Origin: Cyanophora paradoxa CCMP329
Lineage: Eukaryota; Plantae; Glaucophyta
Reading direction: 5' to 3'
DNA: 64,000 nt
Assembly: GCA_004431415.1 (NCBI GenBank)
Contig: QPMI01000093.1
Span: 124,001-188,000, forward strand
In this document: positions 49,249 to 61,098 of the stretch, in pieces
Numbering within the stretch: the stretch's first letter is position 1
How the letters are laid out: every line of letters begins with the position of its first letter
Program-made: the position numbers and the translations under genes
The notes under the pieces: generated by a model
Database searches by the model: none
Told to the model about the DNA's origin: nothing
What the model saw: only the letters and a program-made list of their open reading frames with translations

Positions 49249-52200
49249 CTAGCGGGTGCGCGCCCGGGTACGCTCGTGAGACTCGAGGTCGATGTGCGTC
49301 AGGTCAGGCATCTCCGACTGCAGCTGCGCCTCCAGCCTGGGTACGTATACGGGTCAACCGCAAGCCGGGGGGGGGGGAAGAATGCAGGGCGGGATACCGG
49401 TTGATCTCGAGGGCCTGGAAGTCTGTGAGGCCCTCCCCAAAGTCCGCGAGGAAGTCCGCGATCTGCGGTCGGGGGTACGCGATTAGAACGAGGGGGTACA
49501 GAGGAATCCGGCGGTTAAATATAGCTCGCCTCGGCATCGGAGGCGCCCTGGCGGAGGGCCTCGGCGAGGGCGGCGGTGTGGCCGCGGGCGAGGCAGTAGC
49601 GCCGCGCGATCTCGCGCCCATCAAACTCCACCTCGGCCTGCTCGGGGCTCCGGGTGAGAAAGGCGGCGAGGCCCGATCGCGAGGGCGGGCGCGACGCCCG
49701 AGGCAACTGGCGAGCGAGCCTATCCCTCGCGCCCTCCGGGCCGGATTTTGGATCCCTCCCAACGCACGCCCGAGCGCTGGCCCCGCCCCGCCCCGCCCGC
49801 CCGCCCGGCCCTAGCCCAAGAAAGAAAGGGAACGGGCGGGCCTTGAAGCGGAGGGAGCGGGGCCCCAGCTGCTCGCCCTTCACGTCGAACACCTCCCGCA
49901 CGATCTGAGGGGGGGGGAAGGGGGGGTATGGGGTATCAGCAGTCGGCTACTGAGGTTCGGGGGCGCCCAGGGTAGGCGGGGGAGAGAAAGAGGGCGCCCA
50001 GGGTAAGGGCGAGGGGGGGGGGGGGGACGGGGCGTACCGGGTCGGCGCGGAGGATGCCGACGGCGCGGTCCTTGACCGACTCCGGGATGTTGGGCGAGAG
50101 CAGGAAGTACCTGGGGCGGGGCGGCGCGGGGCGAGGAGGAGGTCAGAGGGGCGCAGGCGGTGCACAAAGACTGAGAGCGCGGGCCGGGCCCGCTAGCTTA
50201 GGGCGAGGGCGAGGAGGAGGCGGCGGTCAGAGGGGCGCAGGCGGTCCCAAAACTCTGAGAGCGCGCTTAGAGGGGCTGGCTGGCCGCGCCCCCTGGCCGA
50301 GGGGGCTAGTAGACCCCCCTCGCCGGCCAGGAGGCTTTCTTTTGGCGCCGGGTAGCGCCATCCCGGCCCCCCCCCCCCCCCCCGGAGGGGGGGAAGGGGG
50401 TATGAGCCTCGAGGGGAGAGCCTCGAAGACGCTTCTTCTTAGGGCGTTTTCCCAGGAGGAGGGGGGGGGGGGGCGGGGGAAGGGGTATGAGCCTCGAGGC
50501 GAGCCTAGGGCGTCTTCCTAGGAGGAGGAGGGGGAGGGCGGGCCGGGCCGGGCGGGAGAGGCCGAGCGAGGCGGCGCGGGACGCTTAGGGGGGCGCCTCG
50601 AGCCTCGAGCCTCGAGGGGGGGGGGGCTTGAAGACGATTCCCCCCTTCTCCCCCCGGGGGAGGGTGGGGTACAGTACGGGTACCGATGCAGAAGGCGGCG
50701 ACGATGTTGCCGACGATGGCCGCCGAGTCCTCCAGCAGCACGGCCTGCGGAGCAGAAGGGGTTGGGAGCAAGGGTCTGAGTCGGGAGAAGGCTTGACGCG
50801 GGGGGCGCGGCGGCACGGGAGAACGGGGCGGCTCGGGGGGTGCCCATGAGGCAACCCGAGGCGAGGAGCGAGGGAGCGCAGGCGTAAGCCGGGAGGAGAT
50901 CTGAATAAAACGGAGTGCGCGGCGGCGCGGGGCGGCGCACGACGGGGGGGGGGGGCTGAGAAAGCCGAGGAAGCCAAGGGAGCTAAGTGCGGCGCGGCGG
51001 GCGGGCGGGCGCACGGCTGTGGCGCCCCGCACGGGCCTAAGTTTAAGTTTAAGCCGGGAGGCGATAAGCCTAAGCCGAGAGACCTTGGCGGGGGCAAGGC
51101 CCAGGAAGCGAGGAGATTTAAGGCGGGAGGCGCGGCGGGGCGCGGGCGGGCGCACGGCGGTGGTGTTGTCCTCGCCGCTGCGGATCGCCTCCCACGTGCT
51201 CTGGCCCTTCCGCCGCGCGTTCGCCCGCAGCGCCTGCGTTCGCCGCGCAAAGGGCCCTCAGCCGATTGGAGCTCTGAAGGCCAAAACCCAAGGCTAAATA
51301 GAAGCTCTAGAATAAGCAGATTGGAGGTAAATAGATGCTAAAGCAAAGCTTAGGGCCCTAGGGCTTAGGGCTAAGCTTAGGGGCTCCCGAGACTTGAACG
51401 AGTTGGAGCTCTATTAGAGGCTAAAGCCAAGCTCAGACCCGGGCGGCTCAGGCCAAGGGCTAGATTGAAACCCGGGGCCCAGGCCCGAGACGCGGGCGGG
51501 GGCGGGCTTTGGAGACGAGGAGGACGGCGAACGTTAAGCACAGGCTCTTGAATAAGCGGATTGGGGCTCTAGAAGCTAAAGCGAAGCTTAGCCAATTAAG
51601 GTTAAAAGCTCAGGCTGAAGCCCTAGAGGCTCTAGAGGCTAACGTAAAGGTTAGAGCCGGGCGGGGGGCGGGCGGGCCTTGAGGGCGACCCAGAAGGAGA
51701 AGCCCTCAAGGGCCGTGGAGACGAGGAGGACGGCGAAGGCGCTGAAGAGGTTCTCCACTTCCTCCGGGTGCCAGATCCCTGGGGGGGGGTCAGGCGGGGG
51801 TACAGGGAAGAACGGGGGCGGGCCCAAGGACGATCCGGGGTTGGGGCCGGGGAAAGAACAGAGGGAAGGACGGCTTCAGGAGGGGGTGAAGGGGAGGGGG
51901 GGGGAAGGAGGGTAGGAGGGGCGGGGGCGGGAAGGGGGGGGTTGGGGGGTGGGTGGGGGGAGGGGGGGGCGCGGGGGTGGGGGTACCGTGGAGCCCCCGC
52001 ATGATGGCGAACATTCCCCCGGCGGAGAAGACCGCCGAGGCCGAGACCAGCGCCCACAGATACCGCTCGCGGTAGTACCCGTCTGCGCGGGACTCAGGGG
52101 GGGGAGGACGGGGGGTAGGGGGAAAGAAAGGGGGAGTACAGGGGTGCTTGCTGTCGGCTTTCCTCTTGCTCTTTGCGATGCCGTACCAGAGCTGCGGGAC

Positions 52201-53229
52201 GGGTAGAGGCGTCGGGTCGGGCCGGGCCGGGTCGGGGCGCGGGTCGGGTCGGGGCGCAGGGGGGGGAGGCGAGGGGGCGAGCGGGCCGGGGTCTGACCAG
52301 GCCCTGCTGGAGGGCTGCGGGAAGGAAGGGACGGCACCGATCAGTTACGTGCGGGGTGGGGCGGGGGCGGGGGCGGGGCGGGGCGGGGCGGGGTACAGGG
52401 CGCGTGCGCACTGTCGCCGACGGAGTGGGCCGCCTCGCTGAGGACGGTGTGGCTACCCGTCCAGAACCCGATGACTGCGAACGAAGGGACCGTGGTACCC
52501 GTGAGCAAAAGCGGACACGGACCCCGCCGGGGGCGGCGAAGCGCCCGCCCGCAGCTACGGCTGGCCGACGCGAGGGGCCGTCCCGTCTCCGCTCACCAAT
52601 CTTGGCCGTGGCGATTCCGGCGTTCATAGTGAGCGCCGTCCGCACGGCAGTCACGTCTGCGCCGGACGCGTTAGCTGCGGCGGCGCGGAGCTCGCCGGCT
52701 GCGCCGGGGGCCCTCGCCTGGCTCCTGGTCCTCCCTGCGAGGCAGCACCGGTTGGCCGCGGCGGGCGGGCGCAGGGGGCGGCCGCTCGGCACTCACTTGA
52801 GATCGAAGCCTGCGCGGATGCGCTGGACAGGAGAGAGGGGGACGGGCGGCGAAGAGCTGGGTTGGCGGGCCCGGATGCGAGGGTCTGACGCAAGGCCGGC
52901 CGTGAGCGCGCGGGCGGCGGATACGCGCCAGGCGGACCGCAGGAGTGCTCATGAGTGGAGGAGGTGGGTGACGAGGCGGAGGCTGTGGAGGTGGGCGTGC
53001 GGCGCAACAGGAGATGGCTGAGCACGTAGATGTGCGGCGGAAGCGACGACGGAGCACCGCTGGCTCCTACAATGCTGCTGGGGCCGCATGCGAGCGCGCT
53101 CGGGGCCGAGGCGCCACTGCCGAGGGACGCGAACGCCCGCGCTCCCGCGCGGCTCCCGATAGAGGGCGGACGGCTGGCCCGGCAGCCGAGCACCGGCGGC
53201 CAGGGAAGCTGCCTCGCGGCAGCACTCAT
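49249..53229 (-). pseudogene. SLC30A9: SLC30A9/ZnT9 (MTP7-like) cation-efflux transporter, copy A, lacking one TM-encoding exon
   Basis: Same exons as copy B, but MSLLTGQLFWDPAGGVLVGALLCVVAAFLIKKNR (58331-58435 in B) is absent at ~50360-50400, where the flanking C and G runs are collapsed. Confidence 0.7.
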
Positions 53230-53321
53230 GCCGCGGCTCGACGCTCTCGACGACGCGCGACCTCACGTCTGGGTACAGGCTCTCCAGAACAGGGGGGGAG
53301 AAGTTATCGCGAGCGCCCGAG

Positions 53322-53388
53322 ATGAGCAAGCGCCGCGCAGGAGCGAAGGCCGCCGCGCCGGAGCCTCATAAGGACGCGCCGCTCGATC
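53322..53388 (+). pseudogene. BOP1: 5' stub of BOP1 at the duplication junction
   Basis: MSKRRAGAKAAAPEP..DAPLD matches the BOP1 start at 61099 (with a small deletion), then switches to antisense ELP4 sequence. Confidence 0.85.
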
Positions 53389-54915
53389 CGGAGCCGCCTG
53401 CGAACGAAATGAATGCTGAAAGGGAACGCTCTTCTACTTATAGACAGAGCAGCCGCATGCACCGGCGCTTGAGAGGGAAGTGTCGGGGAGGGCGGGGCAG
53501 AGGAGGCGGTGGCCGGGGAGCCGCGTGGCCCGCACAAGCCCGTGGAATTCCCGGAAATCGGGCGGCGGCGCCGACGCGCCGGCGTGCAGGCCCCCCGAGA
53601 AGGACTCGAGGGACAGCGCCGCGTCGGCTAGGTGGAGGAGGCCGCGGGCGGCCCGAAGGGGGGGGGGAGGAGGTGGGAGGGTACAGTCGCCGCGAGGGCC
53701 ACGGGGGAGGGCGAGCGCCTCAGGAGGCCACGGGCCGCGTGGAGGAAGCGGAGGAGCGGGCGGGCCTGCGAACGAAGGGTTGGGGGGGAGGTGGGCGGGA
53801 GGGGGGTACAGGCGCACGTCGTTTGGGGAGGAGGGGTCGAGCCCCCAGGCGGGGGATCCGAGGGAGTGGATGGCGATTCGGCCGACGCGGCGGGCCGGCT
53901 CCTGCTGGGCCGCGAGGCCCTCGACGAAACTGCGTACCCGGGGGAACAGGGACTCGTAGGGCCCTCCCCCCCCGCGGGCGGCGCCGAAGCTCGCGGGGGG
54001 GTACACGGATTCCAGCGCGGCGGCGCGGCGGGCGGCGCCGAGGGAGGCGGGGTCCATTGGGGCGCTCAGGTCGAAGTCGTGGCAGAAGACGGGGGCGCCA
54101 GCCGCCAGAGACAGGCTCCCTGCGCCTTCGCCCTCAGCGGGGCGCGGGCGCGGGGGGTGGGGCGGCCGGCGGGCGCGCCTGCGGCGACTGCCGGCGGGCG
54201 TGCCTGCGGCGGCCGGCGCCGGCGGGCCCCGCGGCCGCCGCGTCGCCGGCGAGGTAGCGCCTGTAGCGCCACGCGATGCGAAGGCCCGCAGCGTCCTCCG
54301 CGGCCCCGCCCTGCGCCCCGCGCCCCGCGCCACCGCTCAGCATGCACGAGGAGGGCGCAAGGTTGGGCGCGCATTTGCGCCCGGGGTCGCCGCGGTTGAA
54401 GAGGCTGGGCGTTCCGCGGGGCTGGCGCCGGCGCCGGCCGCGGGGCCGCCGACGCATGCGGGAAGCGCGGCGAGGAGGGCATCGGGCGGGGCGTCCGCTG
54501 AGATGACCTGCACGCTGTGCTCGCACGCGAAGCCCTCCGCCATAAAGTACTGTGCGCGAGCACAGCCGCGGCGTCGTTGGACGCGAATTTGATCTCGGCG
54601 GCAGGGGGGCGCACGCACGCGCAGTAGGATCGCGTGGAAGTGCGTGTTGCGATCCTCCTCGATGAGGAAGATGCCGCCCGCGGGAATGCCGCCGCTGAAG
54701 ATCTCTGCGGCGCGCGGGAGGCGTGAGCGCGGCGCGGCGCTCGCGCGCGAGCCGCGAACGCGGCACGACGCACGGTCGAGCTCGAGCAGGCCCGTCGAGA
54801 GGAGCGGGAGGCCGTTCACCGCCGATGGTCGCACGCCGGGGAGCGGGCTGCGCGAGGCCGACCCGCCCGCGGCCGCGCTCGCATCAACCGGCGCGCGCCG
54901 TCGGAACGCTGACAT
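53379..54915 (-). pseudogene. ELP4: ELP4 copy B, 3'-truncated
   Basis: Near-identical to copy A. Ends at RRRLRIER at the junction, with no HxPP...LDF tail, and has a deletion in the PDTLSFGFALK segment (~53470-53482). Confidence 0.85.
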
Positions 54916-55635
54916 GCGGTACGCTGAAGCTAACGCAGCTGCGTCGCGTCCGTCGTCCTCGCCGACATAACTCCGAAGGCGGAGTGATCGCCGGGACCGC
55001 CCACAGATCATGCAAGAACTCGCAAAGACGAGCGACGCCTGGAACGGGGCCGATCCGCCAGGCTGGGGCTTCGGTAGTTCTTGATTATGAGCCTGTACCC
55101 GTTACCGTGCAGAACCCTCCGCGGGGTTTCCCCAGCTCCAGCTCGCTTCCGACCCCTCGCCCTTTCCACCACCGAGTCCGGCTTCATCGGAGGCGGTGCG
55201 CTAACCCCGCTTTGCACTGTCGATCTCAAGCTTAAAGCTTGCGCTCTCCGTCGACGTCGCAGGGCGATCGTCGGACTCGGCGAGCTCACTGCGACATCTC
55301 AGAGTTTAGGAGCACATCATGGACCTCACAGCCGATTGCTCGGAGGCGCCTGCGGCCCCAACCGCAGCAACAGCAGGTGGTGCGCGCGCGCTAACGCTTC
55401 CGCAAGCGTCATCGACGTCCTAATTAGAACTTCGGAAACGCTTCCACGGTTGGGCTTGCAAATGAGATCGCTGATCGAGGGCCTGGCCGGCCCGGCTCGG
55501 CCACCGCGGCCGGCCGGCGGCTGCGGCGCGCGCGGAACGATGGCCATGGCCAGCGCCACGTTAGCTGCATGGGGATCCCTAAAGATCGAAGTCCCAATCG
55601 CCCGTCCTGTTTAACGGGTGCTTCGTCGTGATCAG

Positions 55636-56930
55636 GTGGCTATGGGGAGCGTCTTATCCATGTGGAGCCGCAAGGCATGGACAAAGAAGAGCAGAGGGAG
55701 CTGGTCGCGATCAATCAGTGGCTGCAGATGGCACAGCAGCAGCCTGAGGTGCGCTGCCCGCTCTCCTCTCGATCTCTCCTCTATCGCAATCGATCTCTCC
55801 CGGCTCTCAGAGAGTCTCCCCTCCCTCCCACTCTCCCATCAACCCCCGCCTTCTAATCATATAAGCTATACGTAGCCTATATATAACTTAGTAAGTCTCC
55901 CTTGATACGTATATATATACGCGCCGTCGCGACCTTAATTTGAATTTTTAATCTTTCTTCCATTAACAATTAATTAGCTCCTTCTTTCTCGAATTAATTC
56001 TCCCCTATAGCTCCCCTCCTTCACCCCCCCCCCTCCCCCCCCCAACACCCTCCTCTAATTTCTCCGCGTTCTTCGAATTCGGAGCAGCCCGCTCCCAGAC
56101 TTCGCGGTCTGCGGCCGCGCGGGACTGTCGTATATATATATATGGCATCTGTCGAGTGCTGCGGACTGATTCCGGGCGGCCTGCCTCGCAGATGTTCGAC
56201 GACACCGTCAATGCAGTGAATAACGTCGGCGACGGCATGAAAGCGCTCGCAGCAGCAGCAAACAACGTCAGCAATAGCATGAAAGCGATAGCCGTTTCGG
56301 CGAGCGGCGGGGCGGAAGCGCTCGCCGCTGGGCTGAGCGACGTTGGCAACGGGACGAAAGCCCTCGCAGTTTCGGTGAGCGGCGGAGCGGACGCGCTCGC
56401 CAGTGCACTGGACAACTTCGGCCAGCGCATCGAGTCGGTATTCTTTCGCGCGAATCTGAGCTGCACGAAAAGCCATGCATGCGCTGAATGTTCCGTGCAC
56501 AGGCGATCAAGTGTGCTGCCATGGTATCTCGATTCGGTTTTCTCGTTGTATGCTAGTTTTAAAAGTCCAGCCTCAACTCTTTTCCGCAGGCCGCGATCTT
56601 TGTGGCTACAATCCTGAGCTCAAACTCGCGCTCGAGGCGCGAGTGATGCAGAGAGGTGTGAACCCTTCACGACATCCGATGATCCATTGATTGCAATTGC
56701 ATTTGATGTGCAGATACGATGACCGTCCATCGCCAAGCTCGAGTTTGAAGGAGAAAATATACCTGCAGTCTGAAACGCTTGTGGGTTCAAAAGAACACGA
56801 CTGCAAATCACTCGTACAGTGGGCGGGAGATCTAGAGCGGTGGGACTCAGGGATGGAGCGGGAGGGGCGGCTGGTGGGGGTGGTGGTGGTGGTGGGGGGG
56901 GGGCGCCGGCTTGCACAAAGCTTAAGCTGA
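55636..56930 (+). CDS. Orphan multi-exon gene, copy B; start uncertain
   Basis: Exons VEPQGMDKEEQRELVAINQWLQMAQQQPE, MFDDTVNAVNNVGDGMKALAAAANN...LDNFGQRIES and GRDLCGYNPELKLALEARVMQR. Confidence 0.5.
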
Positions 56931-57196
56931 AGCGTGGCTCGGAGAGCACGCGGGTGACCGCGAGGCGCGCGTGCAAATTAAGGGGGCGCGGGCGCCGCAG
57001 TGCCGGTGCACCTTGAACTTCGGAATTCCGCCACGGGATATCGATTGGCAAAGAGGTACGCATGCGCAGAGGGCGCGCGCGCCGCGGGATGAGGGCGCGC
57101 CCGTCCGCCCCCTCGGCCCCTCGCAAACCAAGTGTACACGTATTGAAACTATTATTATGCAATGCGCATGCGGCAGTGCGATTCGGCGCTAGCTAG

Positions 57197-60100
57197 CTAG
57201 CGGGTGCGCGCCCGGGTACGCTCGTGCGACTCGAGGTCGATGTGCGTCAGGTCGGGCATCTCCGACTGCAGCTGCGCCTCGAGCCTGGGTACGTATACGG
57301 GTCAACCGCAAGCCGGGAAGGGGGGGAAGAATGCAGGGCGGGGTACCGGTTGATCTCGAGGGCCTGGAAGTCGGTGAGGCCCTCACCGAAATCCGCGAGG
57401 AAGTCCGCGATCTGCGGTCGGGGGTACGCGATTGGAACGAAGGGGGGTACAGAGGAATAATCCGGCGGCTAAATATAGCGCGCCTCGGCGTCGGAGGCGC
57501 CCTGGCGGAGGGCCTCGGCGAGGGCGGCGGTGTGGCCGCGGGCGAGGCAGTAGCGCCGCGCGATCTCGCGCCCGTCGAACTCGACCTCGGCCTGTGCTCA
57601 GGTGAGAAAGGCGGCAAGGTCCGATCGCAAGGGCGGGCGCGACGCCCGAGGCAACAGGCGAGCGAGCCTATCCCTCGCGAGCGCCCTGCCGGCCGGATTC
57701 GATGCCTCCTATAGCACGCCCGAGCGCTGGCGCCGCCCCGCCCGCCCGCCCGGCCCCAGCCAAGGAAAGAAAGGGAACGGGCGGGCCTTGAACCGGAGGG
57801 AGCGGGGCCCCAGCTGCTCGCCCTTCACGTCGAACACCTCCCGCACGATCTGAAGGGGGGGGGTTGAGAGAGGGGGGAGAGAGGGGAGGGGGGAGGAGGG
57901 GCTGAGAGAGGGGAGGAGAAGTGGGAGGGATATCAGCTGTCAGCTATTGAGGTTCGGGGGCGCCCAGGGTAGGCGGAGGATAGAAAGAGGGCGCCCAGGG
58001 TAAGGGCGGGGGGGGGAGGGGACGGGGGGTACCGGGTCGGCGCGGAGGATGCCGACGGCGCGGTCCTTGACCGACTCCGGTATGTTGGGCGAGAGCAGGA
58101 AGTACCTGGGGCGGGGCGGGGCGAAGAGGAGGAGGTCAGAGGGGCGCAGGCGGTGCACAAAGACTGAGAGCGCGCTTAGAGGGGCTGGCTGCCCGCGCCC
58201 CCTGCCCACCCAAGCCCAGGGCAGGCCCTAGTAGACCCCCCTCGCCGGCCAGGAGGCTTTCTTTTGGCGCCGGGTAGCGCCAACCCGGCCCCCCCCCCCC
58301 CCCCGCGGCCCCTCTCCATGTACCCCCACGGACCGGTTCTTCTTGATGAGGAAGGCGGCGACGACGCAGAGGAGGGCGCCGACGAGGACGCCCCCCGCCG
58401 GGTCCCAGAAGAGCTGCCCCGTCAGCAGGCTCATCCCTGCGGGGAGGGGGGGGGGGGGGGGGAGGGAAGGGGTATGAGCCTCGAGGCGAGCCTAGGGCGT
58501 CTTCCTAGGAGGAGGAGGGGGGAGGGCGGGGCGGGGCGGGCCGGGCGGGAGAGGCCGAGCGAGGCGGCGCGGGACGCTTAGGGGGGCGCCTCGAGCCTCG
58601 AGGGGGGCCTCGAAGACGATTCCCCCCTTCCCCCCCCCGGGGGAGGGTGGGGTACAGTACGGGTACCGATGCAGAAGGCGGCGACGATGTTGCCGACGAT
58701 GGCCGCCGAGTCCTCTAGCAGCACGGCCTGCGGTCGGGGGCAGGTTAGGTACGGGGCAGCGGATGTGGGAGCGCAAGGAGTAGGGGGGCCCTGAGCCTGA
58801 GCCTGGTTGCTAGAGGAGCTACGGAAGCGGCAGGGGCACGGCGGGGCCCTAAGGGAGCTAGTGAAGCGGCGGCGGGGGGCGCGCGAGCGCGCACGGCGGT
58901 GGTGTTGTCCTCGCCGCTGCGGATCGCCTCCCACGTGCTCTGGCCCTTCCGCCGCGCGTTCGCCCGCAGCGCCTGCGTTCGCCGCGCAAAGGGCCCTTAG
59001 CCAGTTGCAGCTCTTAAAGGCCAAAACCCAAGGCTAAATAGAGGCTCTAGAAGAAGCAGATTGGAGGTAAATAGATGCTAAAGCCAAGCTTAGGGCCCTC
59101 AGTCGGGCCGCGCACGCAAAGCAGAGGGGGCTCTGAGAATGAAGCGAGCGAGTTGAAGCTCTAGAGGCTAATTATAAAGCCAAGCTTAGACCCGGGCGGC
59201 TCAGGCCAAGGGCTAGATTAAAGTCCGGGGCCCGGGACGCGGGCGGGGGCGGGCTTTGCAGACGAGGAGGACGGCGAACGTTAAGCACAGGCTCTTGAAT
59301 AAGCGGATTGGGGCTCTAGAAGCTAAAGCGAAGCTTAGCCAATTAAGGTTAAAAGCTCAGGCTGAAGCCCTAGAGGCTCTAGAGGCTAACGCAAAGGTTA
59401 GAGCCGGGCGGGGGGCGGGCGGGCCTTGAGGGCGACCCAGAAGGAGAAGCCCTCGAGGGCCGTGGAGACGAGGAGGACGGCGAAGGCGCTGAAGAGGTTC
59501 TCCACTTCCTCCGGGTGCCAGATCCCTGGGGGGGGGGGGGGGGGGAAGTAAGGGGGGTACAGGGAAGAACGGGGGAGGGCCAAGGACGATCCGGGTTGGG
59601 GCCGGGGAAAGAACCGGGGAACAGAGGAACAGGGGGCTCAGGCGGGGGTAGGCCGGGCGGGGCCGGCTAGAAGGACTAGAAGGGGGGTGGGGGTGGGGGC
59701 CTCTAGGAGGGGGAGAAGTGGAGGTGGGGAGGACGGGACGGGGCGGGGGAGAGGGGTACGAGGGGGTGGGGCGGGGGTACCGTGGAGCCGCGCATGATGG
59801 CGAACATCCCCCGGCGGAGAAGACCGCCGAGGCCGAGACCAGCGCCCACAGGTACCGCTCGCGGTAGTACCCGTCTGCGCGGGACTCAGGGGGGGAGACG
59901 GGGGTAGGGGAAAGAAAGGGGGAGTACATGGGTGCTTGCTGTCGGCTTTCCTCTTGCTCTTTGCGATGCCGTACCAGAGCTGCGGGACGGTAGAGGCGTC
60001 GGGTCGGGCCGGGCCGGGTCGGGGGGCGCGCGGGGGGGGGGGGGGGGGGGGGGGGAGGGGGCGGGCGGGCCGGGTGCTGACCAGGCCCTGCTGGAGGGCT

Positions 60101-61006
60101 GCGAGAAGGAAGGGGCGGCAAAGATCAGTTACGTACGGGGCGGGGCGGGGGCGGGGGCGAAGCGGGGCGGGGTAGAGGGCGCGTGCGCACTGTCGCCGAC
60201 GGAGTGGGCCGCCTCGCTGAGGACGGTGTGGCTACCCGTCCAGAATCCGATGACTGCGAACGAAGGGATCGTGGTACCCGTGAGCAAGCGGACACGGACC
60301 CCGCCGGGGGCGGCGAAGCGCCCGCCCGCAGCTACGGCTGGCCGACGCGAGGGGCCGTCCCGTTACCGCTCACCAATCTTGGCCGTGGCGATTCCGGCAT
60401 TCATAGTGAGCGCCGTCCGCACGGCAGTCACGTCTGCGCCGGACGCGTTAGCTGCGGCGGCGCGGCGCTCGCCGGCTGCGCCGGAGGCTCTCGCCTGGCT
60501 CCTGGTCCTCCCTGCGAGGCAGCACCGGTTGGCCGCGGTGGGCGGGCGCAGGGGGCGGCCGCTCGGCACTCACTTGAGATCGAAGCCTGCGCGGATGCGC
60601 TGGACAGGAGAGAGGGGGACGGGCGGCGAAGAGCTGGGTTGGCGGGCCCGGATGCGAGGGTCTGACGCAAGGCCGGCCGTGAGCGCGCGGGCGGCGGATA
60701 CGCGCCAGGCGGACCGCAGGAGTGTTCATGAGTGGAGGAGGTGGGTGACGAGGCGGAGGCTGTGGAGGTGGGCGTGCGGCGCAACAGGAGATGGCTGAGC
60801 ACGTAGATGTGCGGCGGAAGCGCCGACGGAGCACCGCTGGCTCCTACAATGCTGCTGGGGCCGCATGCGAGCGCGCTCGGGGCCGAGGCGCCACTGCCGA
60901 GGGACGCGAACGCCCGTGCTCCCGCGCGGCTGCCGATAGAGGGCGGACGGCTGGCCCGGCAGCCCAGCACCGGCGGCCAGGGAAGCTGCCTCGCGGCAGC
61001 ACTCAT
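57197..61006 (-). CDS. SLC30A9: Cation diffusion facilitator, SLC30A9/ZnT9 (plant MTP7)-like; probable organellar transit peptide (copy B, apparently complete)
   Basis: AVRTALTMNAGIATAK; TGSHTVLSEAAHSVGD (HxxxD); ADSKHP..GYYRERYLWALVSA; ALEGFSFWVA; AVLLEDSAAIVG; FWDPAGGVLVG; DVKGEQLGP...RFKAEVEFDG; ...PDLTHIDLESH. The N-terminus is Ala/Ser/Arg-rich. Confidence 0.88.
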
Positions 61007-61098
61007 GCCGCAGCTCGACGCTCTCGACGACGCGCGACCTCACGTCTGGGTACAGGCTCTCCAGAACAGGGGGGAAGAAGTTATCGCGAGCGCCCGAG
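61007..61098. promoter_or_regulatory. Putative bidirectional promoter/UTR region between the divergent ZnT9 and BOP1 starts (92 bp); duplicated at 53230-53321
   Basis: Divergent ATGs at 61006 (-) and 61099 (+). No transcript data are available. Confidence 0.5.
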
